Of a stretch of 64,000 bases of DNA, positions 11,149 through 23,668 are shown in pieces. Origin of the DNA: Octopus bimaculoides. Lineage: Eukaryota. Below the pieces are notes generated by a model. It was not told the DNA's origin. It did not search any database and was given only the letters and a program-made list of their open reading frames with translations. A program made the position numbers and the translations under genes. The DNA is taken from positions 32,235,398 through 32,299,397 of the forward strand of contig NC_068983.1 in the NCBI RefSeq assembly GCF_001194135.2. Direction: 5' to 3'. Each line of letters starts with the position of its first letter. Positions within the stretch are counted from its first letter, which is position 1.

Positions 11149-11379
11149 TTCTGGTTTATATTAGGTATTTCTAAATAAACTTTTAAACTCCAAAAATACA
11201 CACAAATTTTAACTGAGTTTTAGTCCACTATTGCCAAACATTGTTTTACTTTCACTTTATTAAAACTAAATCCCTGTCATTCAGATCATCAATGTTTATA
11301 ATGTCAGTTACAATTACGATACCTGTCGTCTGAAACAATCTTTCTGTATTCGTATATGAAGTCATGCAGATGCTTTATC

Positions 11380-11731
11380 GGCATTCCTTCGATATAACTC
11401 AACAACATTTGACTGTTTATTTCGGGTATCTTCGACAATTCACTTCGGATATCTCCGTGACAGCTGCTAAAATGGGAGGAGGAGAAGAAAGCTAATGGGT
11501 TGTGTGTGCGTGTTTGTTCTTGTCTCTGTGTGTTCTCTGTTCTGTTCAACAACACATAAATACAGAACAGGCACACACACAAACACTGACAAGAACAAGC
11601 ACGCATACATAACCCATTAGGTTTCTTCTCCTCCTCCCATTTCAGCAGCTGTTACGGAGGTATCCGAAGTGAATTGTCGAATTATATCGAATTGATGTTT
11701 TGGTTTCGTCGAGTTATATCGAAGGAACGCC
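11380..11731. mobile_element. Merlin-type MITE with long inverted arms and 8-bp TSD
   Basis: Termini GGCATTCCTTCGATATAACTC/GAGTTATATCGAAGGAACGCC; perfect TSD GCTTTATC at 11372-11379 and 11732-11739. Confidence 0.88.
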
Positions 11732-11869
11732 GCTTTATCGATGTGTTCGGCAATTTACGTAAAAACATTCTATTTCTTAATTTTTTTTCATGAGCTGGTG
11801 AAACCGACATTATTTTTGATTTACACGAAAGCAAACACACACTCACGCATACATACATCCTTTTTTCTT

Positions 11870-12439
11870 GGCATCCCTTCGATATAACTCGACAAGATTT
11901 GACATTTCACTTCGGATGTCTTCGATATAACTCGACAACTCACTTCGGATATTTCCGTGACAGTTGCTGAAATGGGAGGAGAAGAAACCTAATGGGTTGT
12001 GTGTGCATGCCAGCTATGTCTCATTTTAAACTTGGGGGGAAAAAAAAAGCCTTGCATATTTGTTCTTACCTGCGTCATGTGTGTATGTAAAATCCGCAAA
12101 TTTCCAAGCAAAAAACAGAATCGAAGTTTATGCCTCACAAATATCAGAAAACGAGAACGTCGTATCAATTACACTAGTTTATGTTTTTTTTTTAACCACC
12201 AAAGAGCAGAAAAGGACTGACTATACAATGTATTTTATGAATTTCATAAAAAAACATTCTTGAAGTTTAAATTAGACAAGAAAATGCACGCGCAGACAAG
12301 GACAAGCACGCACACACAACCCATTTAGCTTTCTTCTTCTCCCATTTCAGCAACTGATATCCGAAGTGAATTGTCGTGTTATATCGAAGACACCCTAAAC
12401 GAAATGTCAAATCTTGTCGAGTTATATCGAAGGAATGCC
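11870..12439. mobile_element. second MITE of the same family
   Basis: Same terminal motif, roughly 140-bp inverted arms, different interior; T-rich flanks with no clean TSD. Confidence 0.82.
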
Positions 12440-12640
12440 CTTTTTTAAATGTTTTTATGATTCGCCTATGTTTATGTACATTTTCCCCCGATTTAATTGA
12501 TTTGGCAATCTTTCGGCATTCATACATGACGTCATATCTATATGTTCGGCAATTTACGATGCACACGCACGCACATACACACTGAATACACATACATGCA
12601 TTCTTTTCTGTATGTTTTTACGATTCGCATATACTCTTTT

Positions 12641-12880
12641 AATTGTTTCAGTCATTTGACTGTGGCCATGCTGGAGCACCGCCTTTAGTCGAGCAAATTG
12701 ACCCCAGGACTTATTCTTTGTAAGCCTAGTACTTATTCTATCGGTCTCTTTTGACGAACCGCTAAGTTACGGGGACGTAAACGCACCAACATCGGTTGTC
12801 AAGCGTTGTTGGGGAGACAAACACAGATGCACAAACACACACACATACATATATACGACGGGCTTCTTTCAGTTTCCATC
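12641..12880 (-). mobile_element. tRNA-derived SINE (3' part, runs into gap)
   Basis: Homology to 3539-3910 and 63143-63420. Confidence 0.8.
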
Positions 12881-14439
12881 NNNNNNNNNNNNNNNNNNNN
12901 NNNNNNNNNNNNNNNNNNNNNNNNNNNNNNNNNNNNNNNNNNNNNNNNNNNNNNNNNNNNNNNNNNNNNNNNNNNNNNNNNNNNNNNNNNNNNNNNNNNN
13001 NNNNNNNNNNNNNNNNNNNNNNNNNNNNNNNNNNNNNNNNNNNNNNNNNNNNNNNNNNNNNNNNNNNNNNNNNNNNNNNNNNNNNNNNNNNNNNNNNNNN
13101 NNNNNNNNNNNNNNNNNNNNNNNNNNNNNNNNNNNNNNNNNNNNNNNNNNNNNNNNNNNNNNNNNNNNNNNNNNNNNNNNNNNNNNNNNNNNNNNNNNNN
13201 NNNNNNNNNNNNNNNNNNNNNNNNNNNNNNNNNNNNNNNNNNNNNNNNNNNNNNNNNNNNNNNNNNNNNNNNNNNNNNNNNNNNNNNATATATATATATA
13301 TAAAATGTTCTAGTAGAAACTGGATCTTAGTATATTAGAAATATCAATTGTTCCATGTTTTAAATTCAGATTTTAGTTATGCAGGTTACAGTATAACAGT
13401 CAGTGGATAGTGTATCTAGTTTATAGAGTCTGTTTTTATTAAAATTAAAAAAATACTGTGACAATCAGGATGTGTTCTAGCACATTTAGATTGTCTGATG
13501 TTTAGTGTGGAAGTTAGGACAGGTTTCTTGGGTTCTAGTGCAAACAATCATGGTTTGTTCAACCCAGTTTAGTGTTCTATTGTATTGGTCTTAGTATTAA
13601 CACTCATGGCATGTTAGGCCCGTTTGTGTATGGTTGTGCAAGAGTAGTGTGGACAGTCACAGCATATTAAACCCAGTTTAGGGTCTGGTTTTAGGTGTAG
13701 GATATAGTGTGCACAGTTATGACATATCAGGCCCTGTTTGGTGTCAGGTTGTAAAAAGGGGTGAAGTGTGGACAAATATAAGCTTGAATAATGTCTGTTC
13801 TTTGTATATATCGCAATGTCAAAGTAACTATGTGAGATATTCTCATTATCATTTTGTTGGTCATGAAGACTTCCCGAAAATGGGATCAGTTGAATCTTAG
13901 ATTGTAATGGTCAATGTGTGTGTGAGTGTGCACATGCATGATGCAACTGTATGCATACTGTTCTATAATGCTATGCAAATTGCATGAGATGCTGAAAAGA
14001 GATACACAATGACAATGCAAGAAGTCCTTCACTCATCATTATCCACAGCATCCTCGTTTTACTGAGAAGGTTTCCATCACCATTACGACCAACATCATCT
14101 ACTTCTTCATAAAAATATTTTAAATCACCTAGCATTCTGAAGCTCTTCAAGCTAATTAATCATACGTTTATGTATTGTTTTACGATTCGTATTTTTAATT
14201 TTTTAAAATCTATTTCTGTCAGCGGTGTGTATGTATCTGTTTTTTTTTTAATGTATGTATTGTATGTGTGTGTGTGTGTGTATTCAATGACAATCTCGGC
14301 AACGTCCAACACAGGAAAATAAAGAAATTTTTTTTTCCGTAAATTGCTAAACACAGATATAACATCATGTATAAATACCAAAAAATTGCCATTGTTTTTT
14401 TTTTATCTATGTCCTAATTACCCATATAATTAATCAGGT

Positions 14440-16090
14440 TGTCTACAAGGGAGTCATACCCAATGATGGGTGTAACAACATTATAGTCAACTGCTACAAA
14501 GGTGACATCTTAGACAGAAATAATTACAGAGGTGTCAAATTGCTGGACCAGGTGATGAAAGTTACAGAAAGGGTGTAGAGTTAGCCTAGATGAGATGCAG
14601 TTTGGTTTTTTGGCAAGAAGAAGCACTACTGATGCTATCTTCCTGGTGCGGCAGCTGCTGGAGAAGTATTTAGCCAAAAATAAATTTCTGTTTTTGGCTT
14701 TTGTTGACATGGAGAAAATCTTTGTCAGAGTCCTCACTCCTTTATCTGCTGGCAAATGTGGAAGCTGTGGATGGATGAGTGGGTGGTGAGAGCTGTAAAA
14801 GCCATGTATAGGGATGCTGCCAGTAAGGTGAAAGCTGGCAATGAGTATAGCAAGACATTTAGTGTACAAGTAAATAGTTCACCAAGGATTGGTTCTCAGC
14901 CCCCTCTTATTCATCCTTGTTCTCTGGGACATAACAGAGGAATTTCAGACTGGCTGCTCTTGGGAGCTCTTCTATGCTGATGACCTTGTTCTAATTGCTG
15001 AATCACCACTAGAACTAGAGAGGAAACTGCAGGTGTGGAACCAAGGTATAGAATCAAAGGACCTTAGTGTTAATTTAGCAAAGACCTTAGTGTTAATTTA
15101 GGAAAACAGACAAATCACTGATCCCTTCAGAGTGATGGCCCTGCTTGATATGTAGAAAAGGTATGGGTAGAAACTACATATAGTGTACCCAGTGCAAGTT
15201 ATGGACACATAAGAGGTGCAGTAGTATCACAGGAAGGTTAAAAGAGAAAGTAGTCTTTGTGTGCGGCAGATGTGCAGGTACAATAAACATTAGGAATGTG
15301 CAGAAAATAAACTCCCTCAAATGTCTGGTGGGTGGATCCTTAGAAGACGTAGATAGTTTTTGCTACCTAGGTGACCAAATTAGCAGTAGAGAAGGAGGCT
15401 TTGAAAGCGTAGTTGCTAGAATAAGAACAGAGTGGGAAAATATCAAAGAGCTACTACCTTAGTTGGTAACAAAGGGCCTCTCCCTCAGAGTGAATGATAT
15501 GACGCCTTTGCGTGAAAAGCTATGCTACATGGGAGTGAGACATAGGCTGTAACTATTGAGGACATGTGAAGGCTTGATGGGTAGTGTTAGCATACATGTG
15601 TGACAATGTACACTAAATTGAGTATAAGAGGCATCAGATGTAGTTTGCAAGAGAGAAGGGTTGGTCTCTAATTGCAGAGGGAACATGTGGAAGATACGGG
15701 GTAAAGTGGTGAGAAAGGATCTTCAGGTGTTGGGCTTCACTGAGAGGACAGTGGACAGAGACTTCTGGTATTTTGCTGTGCTTGAGAAGACATCTAGCTA
15801 AGTAAAAGTGTAGCTATCTATACAAGCAAGCATGTTCCTCTGTCAGCCAAGAAGTCCTCGTTTTGTGGTCTCATGTGGGCTGGTGTCATGTAAAAAGCAG
15901 CTGTGTTTTTGTCACATAAGGACCTGTACCAGTGCCACCTAGAACAGCACGTTTGGAGACTATGTAAAAAGCATGCATGTACACACATTCCATTTCTACA
16001 AAGACACCAACCTTAAAGATGCACCCATTTTCCATAAAACCTTTTCCAGAAAACTCTTGCCAACTTACAACGACCACCCCAAGAAATGGT
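14440..16090 (+). mobile_element. degenerate 5'-truncated RTE LINE (RT, C-terminus, 3' UTR)
   Basis: Frameshifted MQFGF...STTDAIFLVRQLLEKY...FVDMEK, VLSPLLF, LFYADDLV, FCYLGD. Confidence 0.88.
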
Positions 16091-16475
16091 GTTTTTCGTA
16101 CCAAGGGACATAACTCTTAACTTAACCCTGGCTCGGTTCATTTCATTGTCTTTTTTACAGCAACCACAAACTGGATGCGTCTGCTCACCTTTAACAATAG
16201 AGAGCAGTCACCATATTTCATACCATAATGGCTTTGTCTGAGGAGCACAAAGTTACATAATCAGACTGTTACCTAACACTCTGTTGAACCCCCCCCATGT
16301 GAAACTGATTGGTAAGATTGGCTGTAATGGAGATATAATATTAATATACCCACTCTACTAACAATTCAACAAGTGCATTTTTTCCTGACTTATGGATTCT
16401 TAGACGTCTCTCTCTCTCTCTCTCTCTCGCTCTCTCTCTCTCGCTCTCTCTCTCTCTCGCTCTCTCTCTCTCTCG

Positions 16476-16513
<38 letters not shown>

Positions 16514-16516
16514 ATG

Positions 16517-16548
<32 letters not shown>

Positions 16549-16621
16549 TATATATATATATATACATACATACACATATAGCTTATACATATGTATACAT
16601 ATACATACATAAAAATGTTTG

Positions 16622-16964
16622 TAATTATAAACATATAGGGATCAGCATGAGTTGCTTCACCAACATACTGAAAATTTAGAAATAGCAGTCAAAGAACTAC
16701 TAATTCTAACTACAATTTTTTCTCCAACGGATGGCGATATTTACGGCACACACAGAACAAAACGGAAGAGAAAATAAACAAAAACAAAAACAACAGGTTT
16801 GTTTTCGTTTATTTTCTCTTCCGTTTTGTTCTATGTATGCCATAAATATCGCCATCTGTTGGAGAAAAAATTGTAGATAGAATTAGTAGTTCTTTGACTG
16901 CTATTTCTAAATTTTCAGTATGTTGGTGAAGCAACTCATTCTGATCCCTATATGTTTATAATTA
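16622..16964. mobile_element. near-perfect palindrome (about 165-bp arms), MITE-like
   Basis: Arms differ by several substitutions (e.g. CGG/CAG, TACGG/TATGG), so not a read inversion; TA-rich ends. Confidence 0.7.
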
Positions 16965-17554
16965 TAANNNNNNNNNNNNNNNNNNNNNNNNNNNNNNNNN
17001 NNNNNNNNNNNNNNNNNNNNNNNNNNNNNNNNNNNNNNNNNNNNNNNNNNNNNNNNNNNNNNNNNNNNNNNNNNNNNNNNNNNNNNNNNNNNNNNNNNNN
17101 NNNNNNNNNNNNNNNNNNNNNNNNNNNNNNNNNNNNNNNNNNNNNNNNNNNNNNNNNNNNNNNNNNNNNNNNNNNNNNNNNNNNNNNNNNNNNNNNNNNN
17201 NNNNNNNNNNNNNNNNNNNNNNNNNNNNNNNNNNNNNNNNNNNNNNNNNNNNNNNNNNNNNNNNNNNNNNNNNNNNNNNNNNNNNNNNNNNNNNNNNNNN
17301 NNNNNNNNNNNNNNNNNNNNNNNNNNNNNNNNNNNNNNNNNNNNNNNNNNNNNNNNNNNNNNNNNNNNNNNNNNNNNNNNNNNNNNNNNNNNNNNNNNNN
17401 NNNNNNNNNNNNNNNNNNNNNNNNNNNNNNNNNNNNNNNNNNNNNNNNNNNNNNNNNNNNNNNNNNNNNNNNNNNNNNNNNNNNNNNNNNNNNNNNNNNN
17501 NNNNNNNNNNNNNNNNNNNNNNNNNNNNNNNNNNNNNNNNNNNNNNNNNNNNNN

Positions 17555-17588
<34 letters not shown>

Positions 17589-18179
17589 GGAAAAGAAACA
17601 GGCTTAGATGGACTGGAAGAATGGTGGTAGCAGGGAATTGTATCAGATTGTATCATATATGCATGCATATATGTGTGTGTGTGTTCAAAATTAATTGAAA
17701 TGAAGGTAGTTTGTTTCAACAGAAATATGGTAACAAAAGGGTTAACATACAGTCAGAAGAGGAGGAAAAAAATTCACCAACATATTTTTGTAGGTCTGAA
17801 ATTTTGTCAGTTGTTGAATAACTAAGTTGAATGTATAGAAGAATATCTGCTATCAAAGACTTTTGATATACTGTATGCAAACATTTCAGAAATACCAATA
17901 GGATAAGTGTAAACATCGGACAAGCACATTACCCCCTCCCATAAGAGTTCAATATATGTTGCGCATTTAATAAATCCACATACAAGGGTGAATTTATAGT
18001 GACTGTTATTATTATTTCCTTTCCCGTTATTAAATGTAGAAACTTGATGTAATGGAATAAATGGTCATAGCTGTTCAAGAATTGCCTCCCTTACATTACA
18101 TTGTACTTTGTTTTAAATTTGGAAGTTATTTAATTTTATACGTTATGATATATTGTCATTCTTCAGAATTGAATGTTTA

Positions 18180-19190
18180 TATTATTATTTTCTTTTTATC
18201 ACAGGTTTTGTCGGAACTCCTAGAGTGGTACATGCGTAGTGGGCTTGTTACCTGCAGCCTATGGTAACATGCTATCCGTTCTTTTTAACTATCTAATACT
18301 TTACTGATTATTCTGGCCGTGCCAAGGAGGCAAACATTTTGTAACTGTTCTACTAGGCATTCTATTTCAATTTCCTTTATATTCCCCTCGATGCCTTCTG
18401 ATACTGTCTCTAAGGACCCAACTATAACTGGCACTATCTTCACCTTCTTCATTTTCCATAGGTGAGCTATTTCGTACTTAAGAAGGCTGTATTTATCTAT
18501 TTTTTCGCCTTCCTTCACTATTCGTGTGTCAAATGGACATGCAACATCAACTAATATAGCACATGCGGTACATCTTGTCCACCACCACTATGTCCGGTCT
18601 ATTATGCTCTAGCACCAGATCTGTTTGGATTGGGAAATCCCAGAGGATTTTCTTAGTCTCTGACTCTACCACTCTACAGTTTGCGCTCATACTACATCTT
18701 CCTTTCCACTTTTCACACAGTTTCCAATAGGTAGCACTTTTGCAACCTTATCGTGTCTCTACAGCTTGTCATTTTGGGCAAGTCTAGGGCATTCGTTCGT
18801 GATATGGGCAATGGTTTCAGCCACTGTATTACAGATGCGGAGACATTTGCTCATTCCTAAGGTTGACCCTCCCGTTCGTGACTAAAGCTTGGTCTTGTGC
18901 TGCCTGTATAGTGCTCTTGATCCCTTTCTTTAAGGTTTCTTTCTTCAGCCAATCCCACCAATGTTTTCTAGCAACTTCTGTTGTGGCTACACGAAATTGA
19001 TTGTGTAGTCCCTTGTTGCGTAATTCTTCTTCATGTCCTTTTTGTACTTCTTCCTTTGTTTGGGCTAGGTATCTCATTAAGCTCTCTCGAATTCGATATG
19101 CATGCAGTCTTCCACAGTTATCAGTCATCTTCCTCCGTTTGCTCTCCATGTATAGGTGACCAGTGTCTTATCATTGTTGTTGTTGTCTTT
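18180..19190 (-). mobile_element. R4/Dong-like non-LTR retrotransposon 3' fragment (CCHC + RLE endonuclease)
   Basis: ETIAHITNEC zinc knuckle, RHDKVA, EKIDKY..LKYEI..LW, VPVIVGSL, GTARII; (AAT)-like tail. Confidence 0.8.
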
Positions 19191-19324
19191 CAAGTGGACG
19201 GACGTGTCTCCTGAAGCTCCGTAAGTTGTTGACCAATTTTATTGGAAAATTTGTTTAAACTAGTAATATTTTTGTATATTTGTGTAGCCAAGCCGACTAG
19301 GTTCTTGTGGAGCTAGTTGGTTAG

Positions 19325-20480
19325 GTGGAATTTTCTCCTTTTAGGGGTGAAATTTTCGTTCAAAACTTTAAATTTTTTACTTTGCTATTTGCAAATTTTG
19401 ACAAAGTGTTTTTGAAGAGAGCGGTGAGCTGTTCCTTTCTTTGTGCACCATACCCTCTGCAGACGGACAACAAGACAAGTTGGATGTCAAATGTAATTTC
19501 AACCCGCCCATCTTGTGCCTTAAAAGGCAAAGAAGAAAATATTGAAGAGCGTTCCACCATGTGCAGCGCAACTGAAGCAAATAAAGGTTGTTCCTTCAAC
19601 CGTCTTTCGGACCTACATTTCCCAGCTCTCACCACCCCTATTGCTCCTACACTGGAGAAGGAGGTAGAGAAAACAATCAACAAAGTCAACAAAGAACCCA
19701 ACACCAATGACACCACCAAGACCAACAACAGAAACCATTGTAATGGTTTCGCCTCCGCAGCAAAGCAAAGCTCGGAGGAAATCAATGTTGCAATGGATGA
19801 TATTAAAACTGCAAAAGAGTTAAGGAAGGATGGAAACAATGTCTTCCTTAGCACTCCACAAACATTAATAAACAAAACAAACAGATGCACAATAACATAC
19901 AAAATATTCAGCATAAAACACAAAAAGATGGAAATTGCATCTCCACAGCAGTTGGAGATAGCACTCAAGCCCATATGGGGCAAGAAAAGTTTCGTGACCA
20001 AAGGGAAGCGGTTTGGTACATTAGAAGTCCGCTTCTCAACCGAAGAGGATGTAAGGTAGCATTCAACTACAACACTGAAAACGGAAGATTTGATGCTCGT
20101 GCCGACATACCTTGGTCAGCGCATAACGAAAATCAATATTGACCAAGTGTCACCCAAGCTTAACATATGCTGGCTAGTGGCAGCTGTCATCTACGACATA
20201 GAAGACACTGTCACTATTTTGGAAGTGCATAAGTTGCACATCCAGAACTGGTCAGGTATGAGGAATGCAGCTTCTTGCGCAAATAGATCAACAAACCATA
20301 AATTCCATACCTGACTCTATAAATTTGCTGGACGGCACAAGACTGCACGTTGCTGTAGAGGGGTGAAGGCCAAAGTGCTACCTCTGCAGCAGTGAACAAC
20401 ATTTAAAAGTAGATTGCCCAATTTACAAGCAGAGAATGGAGGCGGAGAAAAAGTCGCAGCAGAAGCAAAAGCCTAAATCT
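19325..20480 (+). mobile_element. Tx1/L1-like ORF1 remnant (gag-like, CCHC knuckle)
   Basis: GTLEVRFSTEED region; PKCYLCSSEQHLKVDCP (CX2CX4HX4C) near 20370-20420; stops and frameshifts. Confidence 0.65.
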
Positions 20481-21234
20481 TTCGCACCACCAACACCATC
20501 ACCACCACCATGAAAAGCGACACCACCTCCAACCATCACCAACCAACACCAACACCAACACCAAGGACCATAACACCAAAGAAGACAATAATACTATCAG
20601 CAGCAGCAACAACAACAACAATTTCGACAGAAATACCTACATTTTGAAACACGACTGAAACAGACTCCAAAGACATCCCCTTTCCTGACCAAATCAGCTT
20701 GGATAGTGCGAGTACTGATAGTGAGAAGGGGTAGTGGCACACTGTGCCACCGAAAAAGAAGAGAAAAATAAAAATAAAGAAACAACTGACAAGCTGGGGA
20801 GGCGCGAGAAAGGAGAGCTTCCCAACATCAACAACAACAACATGCACTCACAACAATTAGCAACACCTTCTCCACCTCTACCACCGCAAACACCAACACA
20901 CACAGACACCACCAACATTACAGCAATAAACATGAAAAATGAACAATTAGTGACATACTTGAAAAACAATACAGACATGAAAATTTCGGATTTTGTCATA
21001 CCCACACAACACACCACCAGCAAACACACTCATACAAAAAATTTCGCAGAACAACTATGAGAAAATAAAATCCAAATTTCCAGATGATGTTGGGTCGCTA
21101 GGGAGAAGTTTCCCCAAAAAACTCTTTAGAAATCTGGTGGAAATACCCATGCAGAAGCACAAGGGAGTCACCCCACCCGACAACAACCGTAAGTAGAGCT
21201 TTTTCTCCTTAATAAATACTTTTTTTTTTGAAAC

Positions 21235-21948
21235 ATGGTCGTACTCAGAATCAGTAGTATAAATGTGAGAGGCCTTGGGTTGCCTTGGAAACAAGGTCAC
21301 CTGTTAAACGACCTGAGGTCTTACAGTGTGGATGTTGCAGCCATTAGCGAAACCAGGCTCTCTGACCTGCGGGAACTTGCAGCCCTTTTCGGCGGATACG
21401 AGATTTTTCTGTCTTCGTGTCGGCTGGGAGCGGACGGTGGTGGTACTACGGTGTTATTTCAGAAAGGCTTGGATTTGAAAATAAAGACAGTCTTCTTGGA
21501 TTCAGAGGGTAAGTTGGTGGTCCTGGATGTGGATGGTAGTGATGGTGGTACCTTCAGACTGCTAGCTGCCTATGCTCCGACAGAAGCTCCGTTTGCTGTC
21601 AACAGCCACTGAACAGAGGCCTTGGCATGCCGTGGTTGCTGATGCGCAGACATGCTCTCAGGTTACAGCATCTCAAGCGTTTTCTGGATGGTGAGCAGGT
21701 GTGGTCGCCGTTTGTCAGACACGACTTTCCGCAGCTTGTCTCTTTGACAGAGCTGCAATCTTGGATCAAATGCAGACCGAGAAAAGGTGCTTGGTACCTC
21801 GAGTGCTGTCAAGCTCTCACCACCCTCCACCAAGTGGGCAATGCGATCGGTAGTAGTTCCACTCTAGCGTTCTATAGAGGGTTAGTGGAGGAAAAGTGCA
21901 ACGACGCTCTCGGGGAAACTCTAAGTGCCGACGATAATCAGCTAAACA
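21235..21948 (+). mobile_element. Tx1-like ORF2 with internal deletion (APE N-terminus joined to post-RT region)
   Basis: SINVRGL...VAAISETR...AYAPT joined at about 21580-21595 to CCQQPLNRGLGMPWLLMRRHALRLQHL. Confidence 0.75.
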
Positions 21949-22870
21949 NNNNNNNNNNNNNNNNNNNNNNNNNNNNNNNNNNNNNNNNNNNNNNNNNNNN
22001 NNNNNNNNNNNNNNNNNNNNNNNNNNNNNNNNNNNNNNNNNNNNNNNNNNNNNNNNNNNNNNNNNNNNNNNNNNNNNNNNNNNNNNNNNNNNNNNNNNNN
22101 NNNNNNNNNNNNNNNNNNNNNNNNNNNNNNNNNNNNNNNNNNNNNNNNNNNNNNNNNNNNNNNNNNNNNNNNNNNNNNNNNNNNNNNNNNNNNNNNNNNN
22201 NNNNNNNNNNNNNNNNNNNNNNNNNNNNNNNNNNNNNNNNNNNNNNNNNNNNNNNNNNNNNNNNNNNNNNNNNNNNNNNNNNNNNNNNNNNNNNNNNNNN
22301 NNNNNNNNNNNNNNNNNNNNNNNNNNNNNNNNNNNNNNNNNNNNNNNNNNNNNNNNNNNNNNNNNNNNNNNNNNNNNNNNNNNNNNNNNNNNNNNNNNNN
22401 NNNNNNNNNNNNNNNNNNNNNNNNNNNNNNNNNNNNNNNNNNNNNNNNNNNNNNNNNNNNNNNNNNNNNNNNNNNNNNNNNNNNNNNNNNNNNNNNNNNN
22501 NNNNNNNNNNNNNNNNNNNNNNNNNNNNNNNNNNNNNNNNNNNNNNNNNNNNNNNNNNNNNNNNNNNNNNNNNNNNNNNNNNNNNNNNNNNNNNNNNNNN
22601 NNNNNNNNNNNNNNNNNNNNNNNNNNNNNNNNNNNNNNNNNNNNNNNNNNNNNNNNNNNNNNNNNNNNNNNNNNNNNNNNNNNNNNNNNNNNNNNNNNNN
22701 NNNNNNNNNNNNNNNNNNNNNNNNNNNNNNNNNNNNNNNNNNNNNNNNNNNNNNNNNNNNNNNNNNNNNNNNNNNNNNNNNNNNNNNNNNNNNNNNNNTA
22801 TATGTTTTGATTTATATTAGCCCTTGTGGCCAATAAAAGAGAATTAATTAATTATTATTATTATTATTAT

Positions 22871-23091
22871 TATTATTTTTTAGGCAGTGAATGTTAGCAT
22901 GCCTGGCAAAATACTTAGCGGTATTTTATCTGTCACTATGTTCTGAGTTCAAATTCCACTGAGGTTGACTTTACTTTTCATCCTTTTGGGGTTGATAAAA
23001 TAAGTACCAGTTCAACACTGAAGTCGATGTAATTGACTTACCCCTTCCCCCAAGCTGCCGTGTGGCAAAAATTTGAAATCATTTTCAATAC

Positions 23092-23161
<70 letters not shown>

Positions 23162-23165
23162 TATA
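22871..23165 (+). mobile_element. tRNA-derived SINE with (ATT)n tail
   Basis: GTTCTGAGTTCAAATTCC head; homologous to 8730-8953. Confidence 0.75.
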
Positions 23166-23487
23166 GTTCTAATTTGTTAAATGATATTTCTGTAATATAT
23201 AACTTTTGAGGGCTCTTTATTTTCATACTAAAATTTATTTCATGATAATTAATTATCTTTTACTTGTTTAATTCATTGGACTGTGATCATGCTGGGGGTG
23301 GGGGTGGGGGTTCCACTTGAAGGGATTAGTCCGTGAAACTTTATTTTCTAATGTCTGGTCTTTATTCTGTTGGTAATGTTTGTTGAAGCGCAAAGTTACA
23401 GGGTCATAAAAAGAACCAAGCCCTGCTGTCAAGTAATGGTGGTGGTGGAACAAAGAAACCCCCCCCCATACACACACATAACAGCAG

Positions 23488-23668
23488 TGTTAAAAGGCAT
23501 CACTTCACAAGAGTCCCAGGACTGCTTCGAACAGTGGAAAACGTACCTGGACTGATGCATTGCTTCAAATGAAGAATACTTTGAAGGCAATAAAAGTGTA
23601 ATTATATAAAACGAAGTGAATAAAATAATATTGTAAAGTTCTGGTTTCCTTTGAGTAACCCCTTGTAT
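23488..23668 (+). mobile_element. mariner transposase 3' end fragment with right TIR
   Basis: QDCFEQWKT.LD.CIASNEEYFEGNK-stop, then TIR-like ...TTTGAGTAACCCCTTGTA. Confidence 0.65.

Noticed and set aside
17716-17840. Possible plus-strand exon KYGNKRVNIQSEEEEK
   Set aside because: No convincing donor before the stop and no recognisable homology
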